This document shows, one piece after another, positions 8,224 through 15,425 of a DNA stretch of 32,000 nucleotides. Numbering within the stretch: the first letter of the stretch is position 1; the number at the start of each line of letters is the position of its first letter. This stretch comes from Dickeya solani IPO 2222 (GTDB taxonomy: Bacteria > Pseudomonadota > Gammaproteobacteria > Enterobacterales > Enterobacteriaceae): the NCBI RefSeq assembly GCF_001644705.1, contig NZ_CP015137.1, forward strand, positions 4,680,001 to 4,712,000, read 5' to 3'. Both the position numbers and the translations under genes were made by a program. The notes under the pieces were generated by a model, which made no database searches, was not told the origin of the DNA, and saw only the letters and a list, made by a program, of their open reading frames with translations.

Positions 8224-9939
8224 TCAACGCGGCTTGGGGATATTGAACTGCGTCAGCGTCGGGTTGACGGTATTGGCAAAGTCCGCCCGGCGGTGTTTGA
8301 GCTTGCTCTTCGCCTTGAAGAAATTGACCAGTTCGGCTATCCCCATTCCAATGCTGAGCGCGCCGCTGACCGCCCAGCCCACCGGCCCGGCCGCTGCGCC
8401 CACCGCTGAGGCTGCCGCCGCGCCGGCGGCTTCGCCCGCCACTGCACCAACCACCTTGCCGGCTACCGCGGCACCCACTCGCCCCGCCAGGCCGATCGCG
8501 GTTTTGCTGCCGGCCGTCTTGCTCAGATCGGTGACATGCAACGACGCTTTGGCGGCATCCATCAGGTGGCGTTCCATCCGCCCGGCCAGTTGCGCACCGC
8601 CTGGCGCACGGCGATCCGCCACGGTTTGGCCGACGGTATTCGCCCCGCCAAGCCCGGTCGTTGGCGCAGCCAACAGGCTGCCATCCCCTCGGCGCGCTAA
8701 CAGCGCCAGCCGCGGGTCCGACATCTGTAGCCGTAACGCGTCGGCAGGCACCGCCTGTTCAAAGTGCCGCACCACATCGGCGTCCTGCTGTAACTGACCG
8801 ATTCGTTCATTCAACGCCCGTTCGGTTTCGTCGGTCTTGCGATACTGTCGACCGGCTACCACCTGTTCCAGCGTCTGTTGCAGTTTGACCAGCGTGGCCG
8901 CTTTCTGCGCGCCGCTGTAACGATCGGGATGGGTAAACACGTCATCATTCAAACGGCTGATATCGGTTCTGCCCGCCAGCCCCAGCGCGGCGGCATCGTG
9001 AAATAGCGCTGTCGCCTGCCCATCATCCGCTGGCGCCTGATCCGCTATCCAGCTTCTGATATCGCCCGCCGACAGTTGGCCGTCATGAGGCACCCGCGCC
9101 AGCTTTTCCCCCTTCACATCCGCATGTTCCAGCAGGCCAAACAGCCCCGGATGCGACCAGAGCCGGGCCGCATTTTGCAATTCCGGCGACAGCAGCGGAT
9201 TGCCGTTAGCCAACGCGGCCAAATCGGTCTGTCGGGAGAGTGACGAAACGCTCTGCGGAGCGGCGTTTGCCGCCGAGCGGTTTGGGTCGGCCGCACGCAG
9301 CAACGGCTCATTAGCCAGCAACAGCGCCGAGGTTTCCACCAGCCTTAACGAACGTCCGTCCGCCTGCGGATGCGCCTGCTGATAATCATCAAGGCTGCGT
9401 TGCGCGCTCTGGGCGCTACGCGTCATGTTTTTTATGAATGCGCCGATATCCCGCCGGGAAATGTATCCATCGGCTTTACCGCCGTCTTTACCCGTATCCA
9501 GCGCCGTCATCAGCGCCGGATTCGCCCGCAGGTAGATCATCGCCACGTCTGCCTCCGCGCCGCCCGCTTTCAGCATATTGGCGGCGGCAATCGGCCGGTT
9601 AAGCGCTTTAGCCGCCGCCTCCCGCTCCTGCGCCGGTAATGACCCCAGCAGCGGCATCCATTTCTCCAGCGCCCGCCCGTCGCTGTAACTCGACCGATCC
9701 AGCATGGCTGTCGCCTGCTCCGCAGCCAGCGTTGCCGCGGGCGGTGCGACACGGGCTCGATCCGCCGTCGCGACAGGCGCGGCAGGCAATGCCGCCAATG
9801 ACGGCGGAGGGCCGCCAAACTCCACCGCTTGCCCTTTGGTTGCCGGCAAATACGGCGGGCGATGGTCAGGTGTGGTCAACGGCTGCGCCGCCGGTCCGGC
9901 GTCGGGCCAAAGGCCGATGCGGTTATCAATACGACTCAT
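8224..9939 (-). CDS. HrpL-regulated putative type III translocator or secreted protein (HrpK / HrpF / NolX-like), 571 aa
   Basis: The track ORF is 8224..10029. I move the start to ATG 9939 (MSRIDNRIG...; GAGGGG upstream) because a perfect hrp box lies at 9984-10011, inside the longer ORF. There is no signal peptide. Two DG-x-(I/L)S-xxDI motifs are present (ADGYISRRDIGAFI and HDGQLSAGDIRSWI). The C-terminus has a Gly/Ala-rich hydrophobic segment (AIGLAGRVGAAVAGKVVGAVAGEAAGAAAASAVGAAAGPVGWAVSGALSIGMGIAELV), as expected for a membrane-inserting translocator. The family name is from memory, not from a search. Confidence 0.6.
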   Translation of the reverse strand: MSRIDNRIGLWPDAGPAAQPLTTPDHRPPYLPATKGQAVEFGGPPPSLAALPAAPVATADRARVAPPAATLAAEQATAMLDRSSYSDGRALEKWMPLLGSLPAQEREAAAKALNRPIAAANMLKAGGAEADVAMIYLRANPALMTALDTGKDGGKADGYISRRDIGAFIKNMTRSAQSAQRSLDDYQQAHPQADGRSLRLVETSALLLANEPLLRAADPNRSAANAAPQSVSSLSRQTDLAALANGNPLLSPELQNAARLWSHPGLFGLLEHADVKGEKLARVPHDGQLSAGDIRSWIADQAPADDGQATALFHDAAALGLAGRTDISRLNDDVFTHPDRYSGAQKAATLVKLQQTLEQVVAGRQYRKTDETERALNERIGQLQQDADVVRHFEQAVPADALRLQMSDPRLALLARRGDGSLLAAPTTGLGGANTVGQTVADRRAPGGAQLAGRMERHLMDAAKASLHVTDLSKTAGSKTAIGLAGRVGAAVAGKVVGAVAGEAAGAAAASAVGAAAGPVGWAVSGALSIGMGIAELVNFFKAKSKLKHRRADFANTVNPTLTQFNIPKPR

Positions 9940-9983
9940 GGTGTCGATTCCCCTCAGAATGTGGTCAATAACGTCCCCTTCTC

Positions 9984-10011
9984 TGAGTGGGTCACACACC
10001 CGTTCGGTTCC
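9984..10011 (-). promoter_or_regulatory. HrpL-dependent promoter (hrp box) for the HrpK-like gene
   Basis: The minus strand reads GGAACC (10011-10006), then gaacgggtgtgtgac (15 nt), then CCACTCA (9990-9984). This is a perfect consensus match. A second orphan CCACTCAG copy lies just upstream at 10012-10019. Confidence 0.85.
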
Positions 10012-10128
10012 CTGAGTGGTCTGGCACACGAGCCGATAACGGTGATGACAAAAGTTTGCAAAGCGAGACAGCGGCGAATCACTTCAGTAACCTGACTCCC
10101 CTTTATTGACACAATCCGACACATAAAC

Positions 10129-10308
10129 ATGAAAAAGAGAAAACGCCTGCGCACCGTTCTGCTGATTCTGCTTCTGCTGCTGATCTACGTTAATCGCGAG
10201 TCGCTCAATCCGTTTAAACCGGACTGCTCCGCGCAGGTGCCTAAATCTGAATTACCGGCAGCCTGTCGAAAACCGGTGAAGGAAGTGGCGCCCGGCTTTG
10301 AACTCTGA
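10129..10308 (+). CDS. Small (59 aa) membrane-anchored hypothetical protein
   Basis: The ORF is below the track cutoff and was found by hand: MKKRKRLRTVLLILLLLLIYVNRESLNPFKPDCSAQVPKSELPAACRKPVKEVAPGFEL. It has a basic N-terminus followed by a Leu-rich TM helix, and a hairpin terminator follows immediately. There is no clear Shine-Dalgarno; TTGACA at 10105-10110 lies very close to the ATG. Confidence 0.4.
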   Translation: MKKRKRLRTVLLILLLLLIYVNRESLNPFKPDCSAQVPKSELPAACRKPVKEVAPGFEL

Positions 10309-10334
10309 ACGCGCGGCCAGGCGCGTCTTTTCTT
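10309..10334 (+). terminator. Rho-independent terminator
   Basis: acgcgc-ggccag-gcgcgt stem followed by cttttcttc. Confidence 0.6.
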
Positions 10335-10797
10335 CGGATACCGCGCGCCCCGCGCTAACGCCAATCCGGGTGAGTATCAATGCGGATCGCCAGATCTGGC
10401 TCGCGGCGCGGGCTTTTCCGCCTCGCATGTTATTTCATCCGTACTTGTCGCAGGTTCCGTGACTGATTTTTTCATTTTTTATGATTGGCTGATAATAAAT
10501 TTACGTTTTCCTTACCTTTGGCGTCATTTATTTCAATCTATGAATGCCATGCTATTTTTCTTTCTTGTTCCTTACGCAAATTACGTTCGCTTTTTGTTTA
10601 TCCGCGCAAATGACAAATAATTCATCGTCTTTTCATTCGATTGATTTTTTGGGATTTATTGACTAACCCCACCCCAGCCACACCCCTGATAGTAAAATAA
10701 TTTCAATTATTCTATATACCTAGGTGGCGTCGTGTTTTTTATATCCGCGACGATGATAGCAGTTAATTTTCTGGCGAATATTACAAGGAGAAATACC

Positions 10798-11409
10798 ATG
10801 GTGATGTCCATTTCCTCCAACTATTCGGGGTTATACAATTCCGTCTGGCAGGTGTCTGGCGTCAGTTCCGCGTCATCCTCCACATCCTCTGCCGTCACGG
10901 CGATCCCTTACCGTAAAACGGACGACGATCAGGAAGGGGGATTATTTGCGGCGCTGACCAGCGCCTTATCCTCCATCGGTATCACGCTGGGCACCAGCAG
11001 TACCTCGGAAACCAGCGCGACCAGTGCCACAACGTCCTCGACATCCTCAACGGACAGCACGTCGGACACCTCGTCTTCCAGCGCGAAAGAAGCCGTGGCG
11101 ACCTTCCTGCACACGCTGATGGATACGCTACACAGTATCGGCGCGTCGTCCAACTCGTCGTCCTTGTCCGACAACCCGATGAAGAACGACCTGTCTTCGC
11201 TGATTAGCGCCCTCTCTTCCGATTCGTCTTCCAGCAGCAGCTCGGTTTCCAGCAGCCAGCTGAGCGAATTGCAGAGCGCATTCAGTTCAATGGTCAGCGC
11301 ACTGGGCGGCGACAGCAGCAACGCTTCGCTGTCGTCTTTCCTGCAAAGCTTCTCGTCCTCGCTGGCGTCGTTCTCGTCACAGGGCAATCTGGTTAATACC
11401 GCCGCCTGA
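10798..11409 (+). CDS. Serine-rich (about one third Ser), Cys-free hypothetical protein with harpin-like architecture; candidate secreted protein
   Basis: I place the start at ATG 10798, with AAGGAG 7 nt upstream. The track start at 10732 has no RBS. The product is 203 aa. Amphipathic blocks (FLHTLMDTLHSIG, LSSLISALSS, LQSAFSSMVSALGG, LSSFLQSFSSSLASF) are separated by poly-Ser/Thr tracts. There is no signal peptide. A terminator lies directly downstream, and the gene is flanked by AT-rich spacers. Confidence 0.65.
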   Translation: MVMSISSNYSGLYNSVWQVSGVSSASSSTSSAVTAIPYRKTDDDQEGGLFAALTSALSSIGITLGTSSTSETSATSATTSSTSSTDSTSDTSSSSAKEAVATFLHTLMDTLHSIGASSNSSSLSDNPMKNDLSSLISALSSDSSSSSSSVSSSQLSELQSAFSSMVSALGGDSSNASLSSFLQSFSSSLASFSSQGNLVNTAA

Positions 11410-11420
11410 TAGCGTTATCC

Positions 11421-11445
11421 CGCCCTGCCTGGCAGGGCGTTTTCG
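11421..11445 (+). terminator. Rho-independent terminator of the Ser-rich gene
   Basis: cgccctg-cctgg-cagggcg stem followed by ttttcgt. Confidence 0.75.
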
Positions 11446-11740
11446 TATCATTTTCGATTGTCTGTGATCCGCCTCCGCTTTTGTCATAATCAGACCATTA
11501 CATTACCCAATAGAAAATTATTAGAAAATATAACCATTCAGTTATTCCAGTTCCGCAGATACATCATTTATCACCAGTAAAAACGCCTTCACCAGAACAA
11601 GCCACCCTTATTAATCATTCAAGGTTTTTAACTATATTGTTCACTTTTTCTTCCTGTTCGTTTTTATTGAATCCGATACACTCAACGTTCAATTCCCTGA
11701 CGGATAAAGGGAAAATTAAGCCTCAGACGGAGATATCACG

Positions 11741-12040
11741 ATGAAAGTCCATGCGCTTTCCAGATGGGTAGCCGGCAAGCCGGTGCGACGAGCCTTGCGA
11801 CGCCGCCATGCGCCAGCCCATATCGCCATGCCTTTCGCCGTTTTCACCCGAGTCGCCAGACACCCCTTTTCATTCGTTATTGGTTCTCCGCCGTAATCCC
11901 CCCTGATTCTGGCTCCGGCGATCCCGCATCGCCGGGCCAGCCCGGCGCGTCATTCGTTGGTGATGCGCCGGTCACCCCGTGGTCGCCGTTCAACGTCTAC
12001 TTACGCCACGTACGTCGGCCCGGATTTTTGTCCCAAGTAA
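11741..12040 (+). promoter_or_regulatory. Long GC-rich structured leader upstream of the SBP gene, with a 51-codon upstream ORF and three overlapping alternative hairpins
   Basis: The uORF spans ATG 11741 to TAA 11894-11896. Hairpin H1 is 11915-11935 (ccggcgat/atcgccgg). H2 is 11930-11947 (cgccggg/cccggcg). H3 is 11944-11969 (ggcgcgtca/tgatgcgcc). Adjacent hairpins share arms and are therefore mutually exclusive. I could not match the region to any riboswitch class by eye. Confidence 0.3.
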
Positions 12041-12051
12041 AGGAAACGACT

Positions 12052-13173
12052 ATGCAATACACTGGGAAGTACCTGAAGAAAACCGCGCTAGTGCTGACCA
12101 TGATGACCGGTCTCAGCGCCGGGCAAAGTCAGGCGGCTGTCGCGCCGGACACCCGTTCGCTGGATGAAATCTATCAGAGCGCATTGAAGGAAGGCGGTAC
12201 GGTTACCGTTTATGCCGGCGGCGATGTACAGTCACAGCAAACAGGCTTCAAGCAAGCGTTTGAGAACCGGTTTCCCGGCATCAAACTGAATGTGATCGTC
12301 GATTACAGCAAATACCACGACGCGCGTATCGACAACCAACTGGCGACCGACACCCTGATTCCGGATGTGGCACAGTTGCAAACGGTGCAGGATTTCCCGC
12401 GCTGGAAAAAACAGGGCGTGCTGCTGAACTACAAACCGGTGGGCTGGGACAAAGTCTACCCGGAGTTTCGTGATGCGGACGGCGCATGGATCGGCGCGTA
12501 TGTCATCGCCTTCAGCAACCTGGTCAACACCCAACTGCTGGATGAAAAATCCTGGCCGCGAGAGGCAAACGACTATCTGCGCCCCGATCTGAAAGGCAAC
12601 CTGATTCTGGCCTACCCTAACGACGACGACGCGGTGCTGTTCTGGTACAAGCAGGTAGTGGATAAATACGGCTGGGAATTTGTTGAAAAACTGCAGGAGC
12701 AGGACCCGGTCTACGTGCGCGGCACCAACGTACCCGGCGCTCAGATCGCCACTGGCAAATACAGCGCCACCTTCACCAGCTCCGGCGCGCTGGTCCCGGC
12801 GGCAGGTTCCGTGACTCGCTTTGTGCTGCCGAAGACCGACCCATTTGTCTCCTGGGCGCAACGCGCCGCCATCTTCAAACAGGCTAAACACCCGGAAAGC
12901 GCCAAACTGTACCTGAGCTGGCTGCTGGATCCGCAAACGCAAACCCAAGTCTCACGCATGTGGTCGGTACGCACCGATGTGGCGCCACCCGCGGGTTACA
13001 AGCGCATCTGGGAATACAGCAACACCCGTCCGCAGGCGTTTGCTGACTTCATGTCCGACCGCGGCGCGGTCGAGCGCTTCCGCGCACAGATGAGCCTGTA
13101 CGTAGGCGAAGCCAAAGGCGACCCGACCCCAGGCTGGCTCGGCCTGCACCCAGAGGTGCCGCTGGCGAACTAA
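12052..13173 (+). CDS. Periplasmic ABC-transporter substrate-binding protein (family-1 / Fe3+-type fold), with no adjacent permease or ATPase genes
   Basis: I place the start at ATG 12052, with AAGGAAA 5 nt upstream. The 96-codon extension in the track ORF is not protein-like. The signal peptide is MQYTGKYLKKTALVLTMMTGLSAGQSQA/AV. The 373-aa protein has a typical SBP composition (..TVYAGGD...IPDVAQLQ...PVGWDKVYPEFRDADGAWIGAY...). Confidence 0.8.
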   Translation: MQYTGKYLKKTALVLTMMTGLSAGQSQAAVAPDTRSLDEIYQSALKEGGTVTVYAGGDVQSQQTGFKQAFENRFPGIKLNVIVDYSKYHDARIDNQLATDTLIPDVAQLQTVQDFPRWKKQGVLLNYKPVGWDKVYPEFRDADGAWIGAYVIAFSNLVNTQLLDEKSWPREANDYLRPDLKGNLILAYPNDDDAVLFWYKQVVDKYGWEFVEKLQEQDPVYVRGTNVPGAQIATGKYSATFTSSGALVPAAGSVTRFVLPKTDPFVSWAQRAAIFKQAKHPESAKLYLSWLLDPQTQTQVSRMWSVRTDVAPPAGYKRIWEYSNTRPQAFADFMSDRGAVERFRAQMSLYVGEAKGDPTPGWLGLHPEVPLAN

Positions 13174-13188
13174 GTTGAAGGTATTGAG

Positions 13189-13212
13189 GGGATCCGATGG
13201 GGTCCCTTTTTT
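13189..13212 (+). terminator. Rho-independent terminator of the SBP gene
   Basis: gggatcc-gatg-gggtccc stem (one G-U pair) followed by TTTTTT. Confidence 0.75.
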
Positions 13213-13213
13213 A

Positions 13214-13407
13214 CGTTGGGGGACGTACTGTAGCCGCAGTTCGAGTGCGAATCGCTGGTTTTTTTGCATCGACCAACCGGTGATGATCGCCGTTAAGTGA
13301 GGGAGTGGCTCACCGAGGCAGGATTTACCGACGGGATGCCGTTAAAAATACGCATCATGCCCGGCTGCATGGTCATCACCGCCCAGAACACCCGCTCCTG
13401 TTTATGA
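13214..13407 (+). pseudogene. SymE-family (type I toxin, AbrB-fold) pseudogene; 5'-truncated and frameshifted
   Basis: One frame gives ..TYCSRSSSANRWFFCIDQPVMIAVK and then a stop at 13298-13300. A second frame continues EWLTEAGFTDGMPLKIRIMPGCMVITAQNTRSCL. Joined, they match the SymE core P-x-I-x-L-K-G-x-W-L-x-x-A-G-F-x-x-G. There is no usable start codon. Confidence 0.55.
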
Positions 13408-13491
13408 CTGATTTCAGGTAACCGCTGCCGCTCACATTCAAGGGCGGTGGATGGTTGGGGTGGCACTCAGGTTCTGACCGATAAAAATGAT

Positions 13492-13517
13492 GATCCCGGC
13501 GCGCGAGGGCCGGGATC
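13492..13517. terminator. Bidirectional hairpin terminator shared by orphan cdiI (minus) and the SymE remnant (plus)
   Basis: gatcccggc-gcgcgagg-gccgggatc. A T-run lies on the plus side (gttttta) and an A/T-run on the minus side. The hairpin starts 4 nt past the cdiI-o stop. The same hairpin recurs at 15426-15448. Confidence 0.75.
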
Positions 13518-13521
13518 GTTT

Positions 13522-13902
13522 TTATACCTTGGTCTTTATACCTAAACGGATCATTTCAGTTGGGAACAAAGTTTCCAATATTACTTTATCATTGAAAATG
13601 AATAATTTTGGCGACAAGGCTGTAACATCATGAACATTTTCAGCAATCAAGTTTAATTTCGTCCTAAACACAGGAATGCTAGCATCATCTGCAAAAACGA
13701 ATACATCATCTATTTTTATAGGGCTATTACTCAACAGATCATCGATACTTTCATAATCTGAAGATTTTATTTCTGACCAAACAACCCCCCCTCTTGAAAA
13801 TGGATATTCATTCAAAATATCCATAGCATCCTTCAGGGCTTGTCCATCAACCACACTAAAATCAGCACTAAGTGCTTCTTTACACTCTTCAAATAAAGTC
13901 AT
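13522..13902 (-). CDS. cdiI: Orphan CdiI-type immunity protein (126 aa)
   Basis: It starts 5 nt after the orphan CdiA-CT stop. It is small, acidic, cytoplasmic and very AT-rich compared with its surroundings. The call rests on position and composition only. I do not recognise the family. Confidence 0.7.
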   Translation of the reverse strand: MTLFEECKEALSADFSVVDGQALKDAMDILNEYPFSRGGVVWSEIKSSDYESIDDLLSNSPIKIDDVFVFADDASIPVFRTKLNLIAENVHDVTALSPKLFIFNDKVILETLFPTEMIRLGIKTKV

Positions 13903-13907
13903 TTACT

Positions 13908-15113
13908 TTACCTGTTTAGCTGTTTCAATAACGTTTCAAAAGATTTTTCATTACCCTCAAATGGTATGACCTGCTTTATTGCTTTTCCCGGTCCTTTACC
14001 TTGAGAGTAATCCCATACATTGATATGAGTACCTTTTTCAGGATCATAATCGACACGCCAGCCTACCTTGCCATCGTTAGATTGCCGACCAATAACCTTT
14101 CCATTCCCAGCACTTACCTCTAATCGTCCAATGACAGGTTTAGAATCGGCTCCTAAATTACCTACGATATCCAACGCCTTATTTCGAGCACTTTCCCAGT
14201 TTTTCTCTGGTTTAAGTATTTGTTCAATTTTATTCCCAGACTGAGAGCTAGTTTTACCCTTACCAATCCCACCAAACGCCGCCGCCGCAGCATTCGCTAC
14301 AATACCCGCCTGAATCTCATCCAAGCCATATTCTTTCTGGAGTGCTTCTGAGACTTTATTTGTTGCAACGACACCTTCAACCTGTATTTGCTGCGCAAAC
14401 GTAGCTGTCAGGTCATAGACCATCTTGATCGGGATATCTTCTCCCAGAGCACGATCTATCGACTGCTTCACCGCCATACTGTCGGCCAGCACATCACCAT
14501 ATTTCTGCTGGCATGTTGCCGGATCAGTCGCACAATCACTGATCAGTTGTTTCTGTTGAGCGGTACTCAACCCCTCATATTTCTTAATAATGTCACTACA
14601 GTCACCACCATTTGACTGGCAGGACTTCATTTCAGCCGACCATGCATCTATCTGTTTACTGCTCAGATAGTTATTCTCCACCTCATTCTTGGCGGTATTC
14701 GCCGCGCTTCCGGCCGCGGTCAGGTTGCCACCGGCTATGCCGCCCACGCCAGCGCCCGCTATCATCACCAGATTCGCCACCAGCTGCTTTTGTTCCACCG
14801 TCAGCTCGTGCGCTTCCGGGTACAGCGCCTTCGCAATCAGCCCGCTCGCCGCCGCTGCGGTGAAACCGCCCAGCGCGCCTCCGGACACGCTACCGCCCTG
14901 AGACTGCGCCAGAAACGCCCCCAGTACCGTATGCAACGCCACTCGCATCGGCTCGTTACCGCCGCTCACCTCTTTCACCAGATTCGCCAGATACGGGGCC
15001 GCTGCACCGCTTACCGCGCCACTCAGGTTACCCCCCATCCCTCCGGACAAGGCTGCCGTCAGCGCCGTACCCGTCTCCAGCCGGTTCTTCTCCGCCCCGG
15101 CCGTTGAGGCCAT
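13908..15113 (-). CDS. Orphan cdiA-CT fragment: partial pretoxin region, VENN motif and a distinct C-terminal toxin
   Basis: 401-aa ORF. Positions 14669-15075 are identical to cdiA 16789-17195 and encode ..TALTAALSGGMGGNLSG...NTAKNEVENN. VENN lies at 14670-14681. After VENN the sequence is unrelated to cdiA (YLSSKQIDAWSAEMKSCQSNGGDCSD...GWRVDYDPEKGTHINVWDYS...). The ATG at 15113 sits exactly at the homology breakpoint and has no Shine-Dalgarno. Confidence 0.85.
   Translation of the reverse strand: MASTAGAEKNRLETGTALTAALSGGMGGNLSGAVSGAAAPYLANLVKEVSGGNEPMRVALHTVLGAFLAQSQGGSVSGGALGGFTAAAASGLIAKALYPEAHELTVEQKQLVANLVMIAGAGVGGIAGGNLTAAGSAANTAKNEVENNYLSSKQIDAWSAEMKSCQSNGGDCSDIIKKYEGLSTAQQKQLISDCATDPATCQQKYGDVLADSMAVKQSIDRALGEDIPIKMVYDLTATFAQQIQVEGVVATNKVSEALQKEYGLDEIQAGIVANAAAAAFGGIGKGKTSSQSGNKIEQILKPEKNWESARNKALDIVGNLGADSKPVIGRLEVSAGNGKVIGRQSNDGKVGWRVDYDPEKGTHINVWDYSQGKGPGKAIKQVIPFEGNEKSFETLLKQLNR
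14669..15075. repeat. 407-bp perfect direct repeat of cdiA 16789-17195 (pretoxin region up to VENN)
   Basis: I compared the two copies line by line at a constant offset of 2120 bp and found no mismatch. Identity ends at the last VENN codon. Confidence 0.95.
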
Positions 15114-15195
15114 AATCCGGATACGGTGGTGCGCTTCACCTAGTAACGCCCATCACCCTGGTCATCGCCGAGGGTGTTTGTTTTATCAGCGTGGG

Positions 15196-15411
15196 ATGTC
15201 GAGGCGTAGCCCTGACCTGACTGTTTTGTCATTACGGCATGACGGTAATGACAAAACATTTCCTGTCCGGTTACTGACTCACTTTCAGTCACCAACGTCG
15301 CTCTCGCTCAAGGGCCGCTGGCTGGAAGATCTCGGCTTTAACACCGGCCAGCCCGTTATCGTCACCGTCGAGCGCGGGCGGCTGGTGATTGAGGCGGAAC
15401 TGAGGGTCTGA
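15196..15411 (+). CDS. SymE-family toxin-like protein (AbrB/SpoVT-fold), convergent with cdiI
   Basis: The track ORF 15178..15411 starts at TTG; ATG 15196 is an alternative start. The C-terminal half, SLSLKGRWLEDLGFNTGQPVIVTVERGRLVIEAE, aligns with E. coli SymE [33 protein letters not shown]. An upstream DLTV motif matches the SymE LTV(S/G)Y block. The start codon and expression are uncertain. Confidence 0.6.
   Translation: MSRRSPDLTVLSLRHDGNDKTFPVRLLTHFQSPTSLSLKGRWLEDLGFNTGQPVIVTVERGRLVIEAELRV
15222..15258 (+). other. Perfect 14-bp inverted repeat (tgttttgtcattac-N9-gtaatgacaaaaca) inside the 5' part of the SymE-like ORF
   Basis: Read directly: arms at 15222-15235 and 15245-15258, with loop ggcatgacg. 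Confidence 0.9.
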
Positions 15412-15425
15412 CCGGTAAAAATGAC

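Noticed and set aside
9940-10029. A 30-codon N-terminal extension of the HrpK-like ORF (track start 10029)
   Set aside because: A perfect hrp-box promoter (9984-10011) lies inside the extension. Transcription should therefore start downstream of codon 1 of the long ORF. ATG 9939 has a GAGGGG RBS.
10929-11387. A 152-aa acidic ORF on the minus strand opposite the Ser-rich gene
   Set aside because: It is the mirror image of the Ser codon bias (AGC/TCG read as GCT/CGA, giving Asp/Glu/Leu-rich text). The plus-strand ORF has the strong AAGGAG RBS and a correctly oriented terminator.
11505-11540. The AT-rich stretch aatagaaaattattagaaaatataacc as a possible Fur box for the iron-type SBP
   Set aside because: The match to GATAATGATAATCATTATC is poor when aligned by hand. 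It lies more than 500 nt upstream of the SBP start.
11764-12051. A 96-codon N-terminal extension of the SBP ORF (track start 11764)
   Set aside because: The extension is not protein-like (Pro/Arg/Ser-rich). A canonical RBS, ATG and signal peptide begin at 12052.
12232-12948. A 238-aa minus-strand ORF inside the SBP gene
   Set aside because: It is antisense to a gene with a clear signal peptide, RBS and terminator. It has no RBS and its composition is not domain-like.
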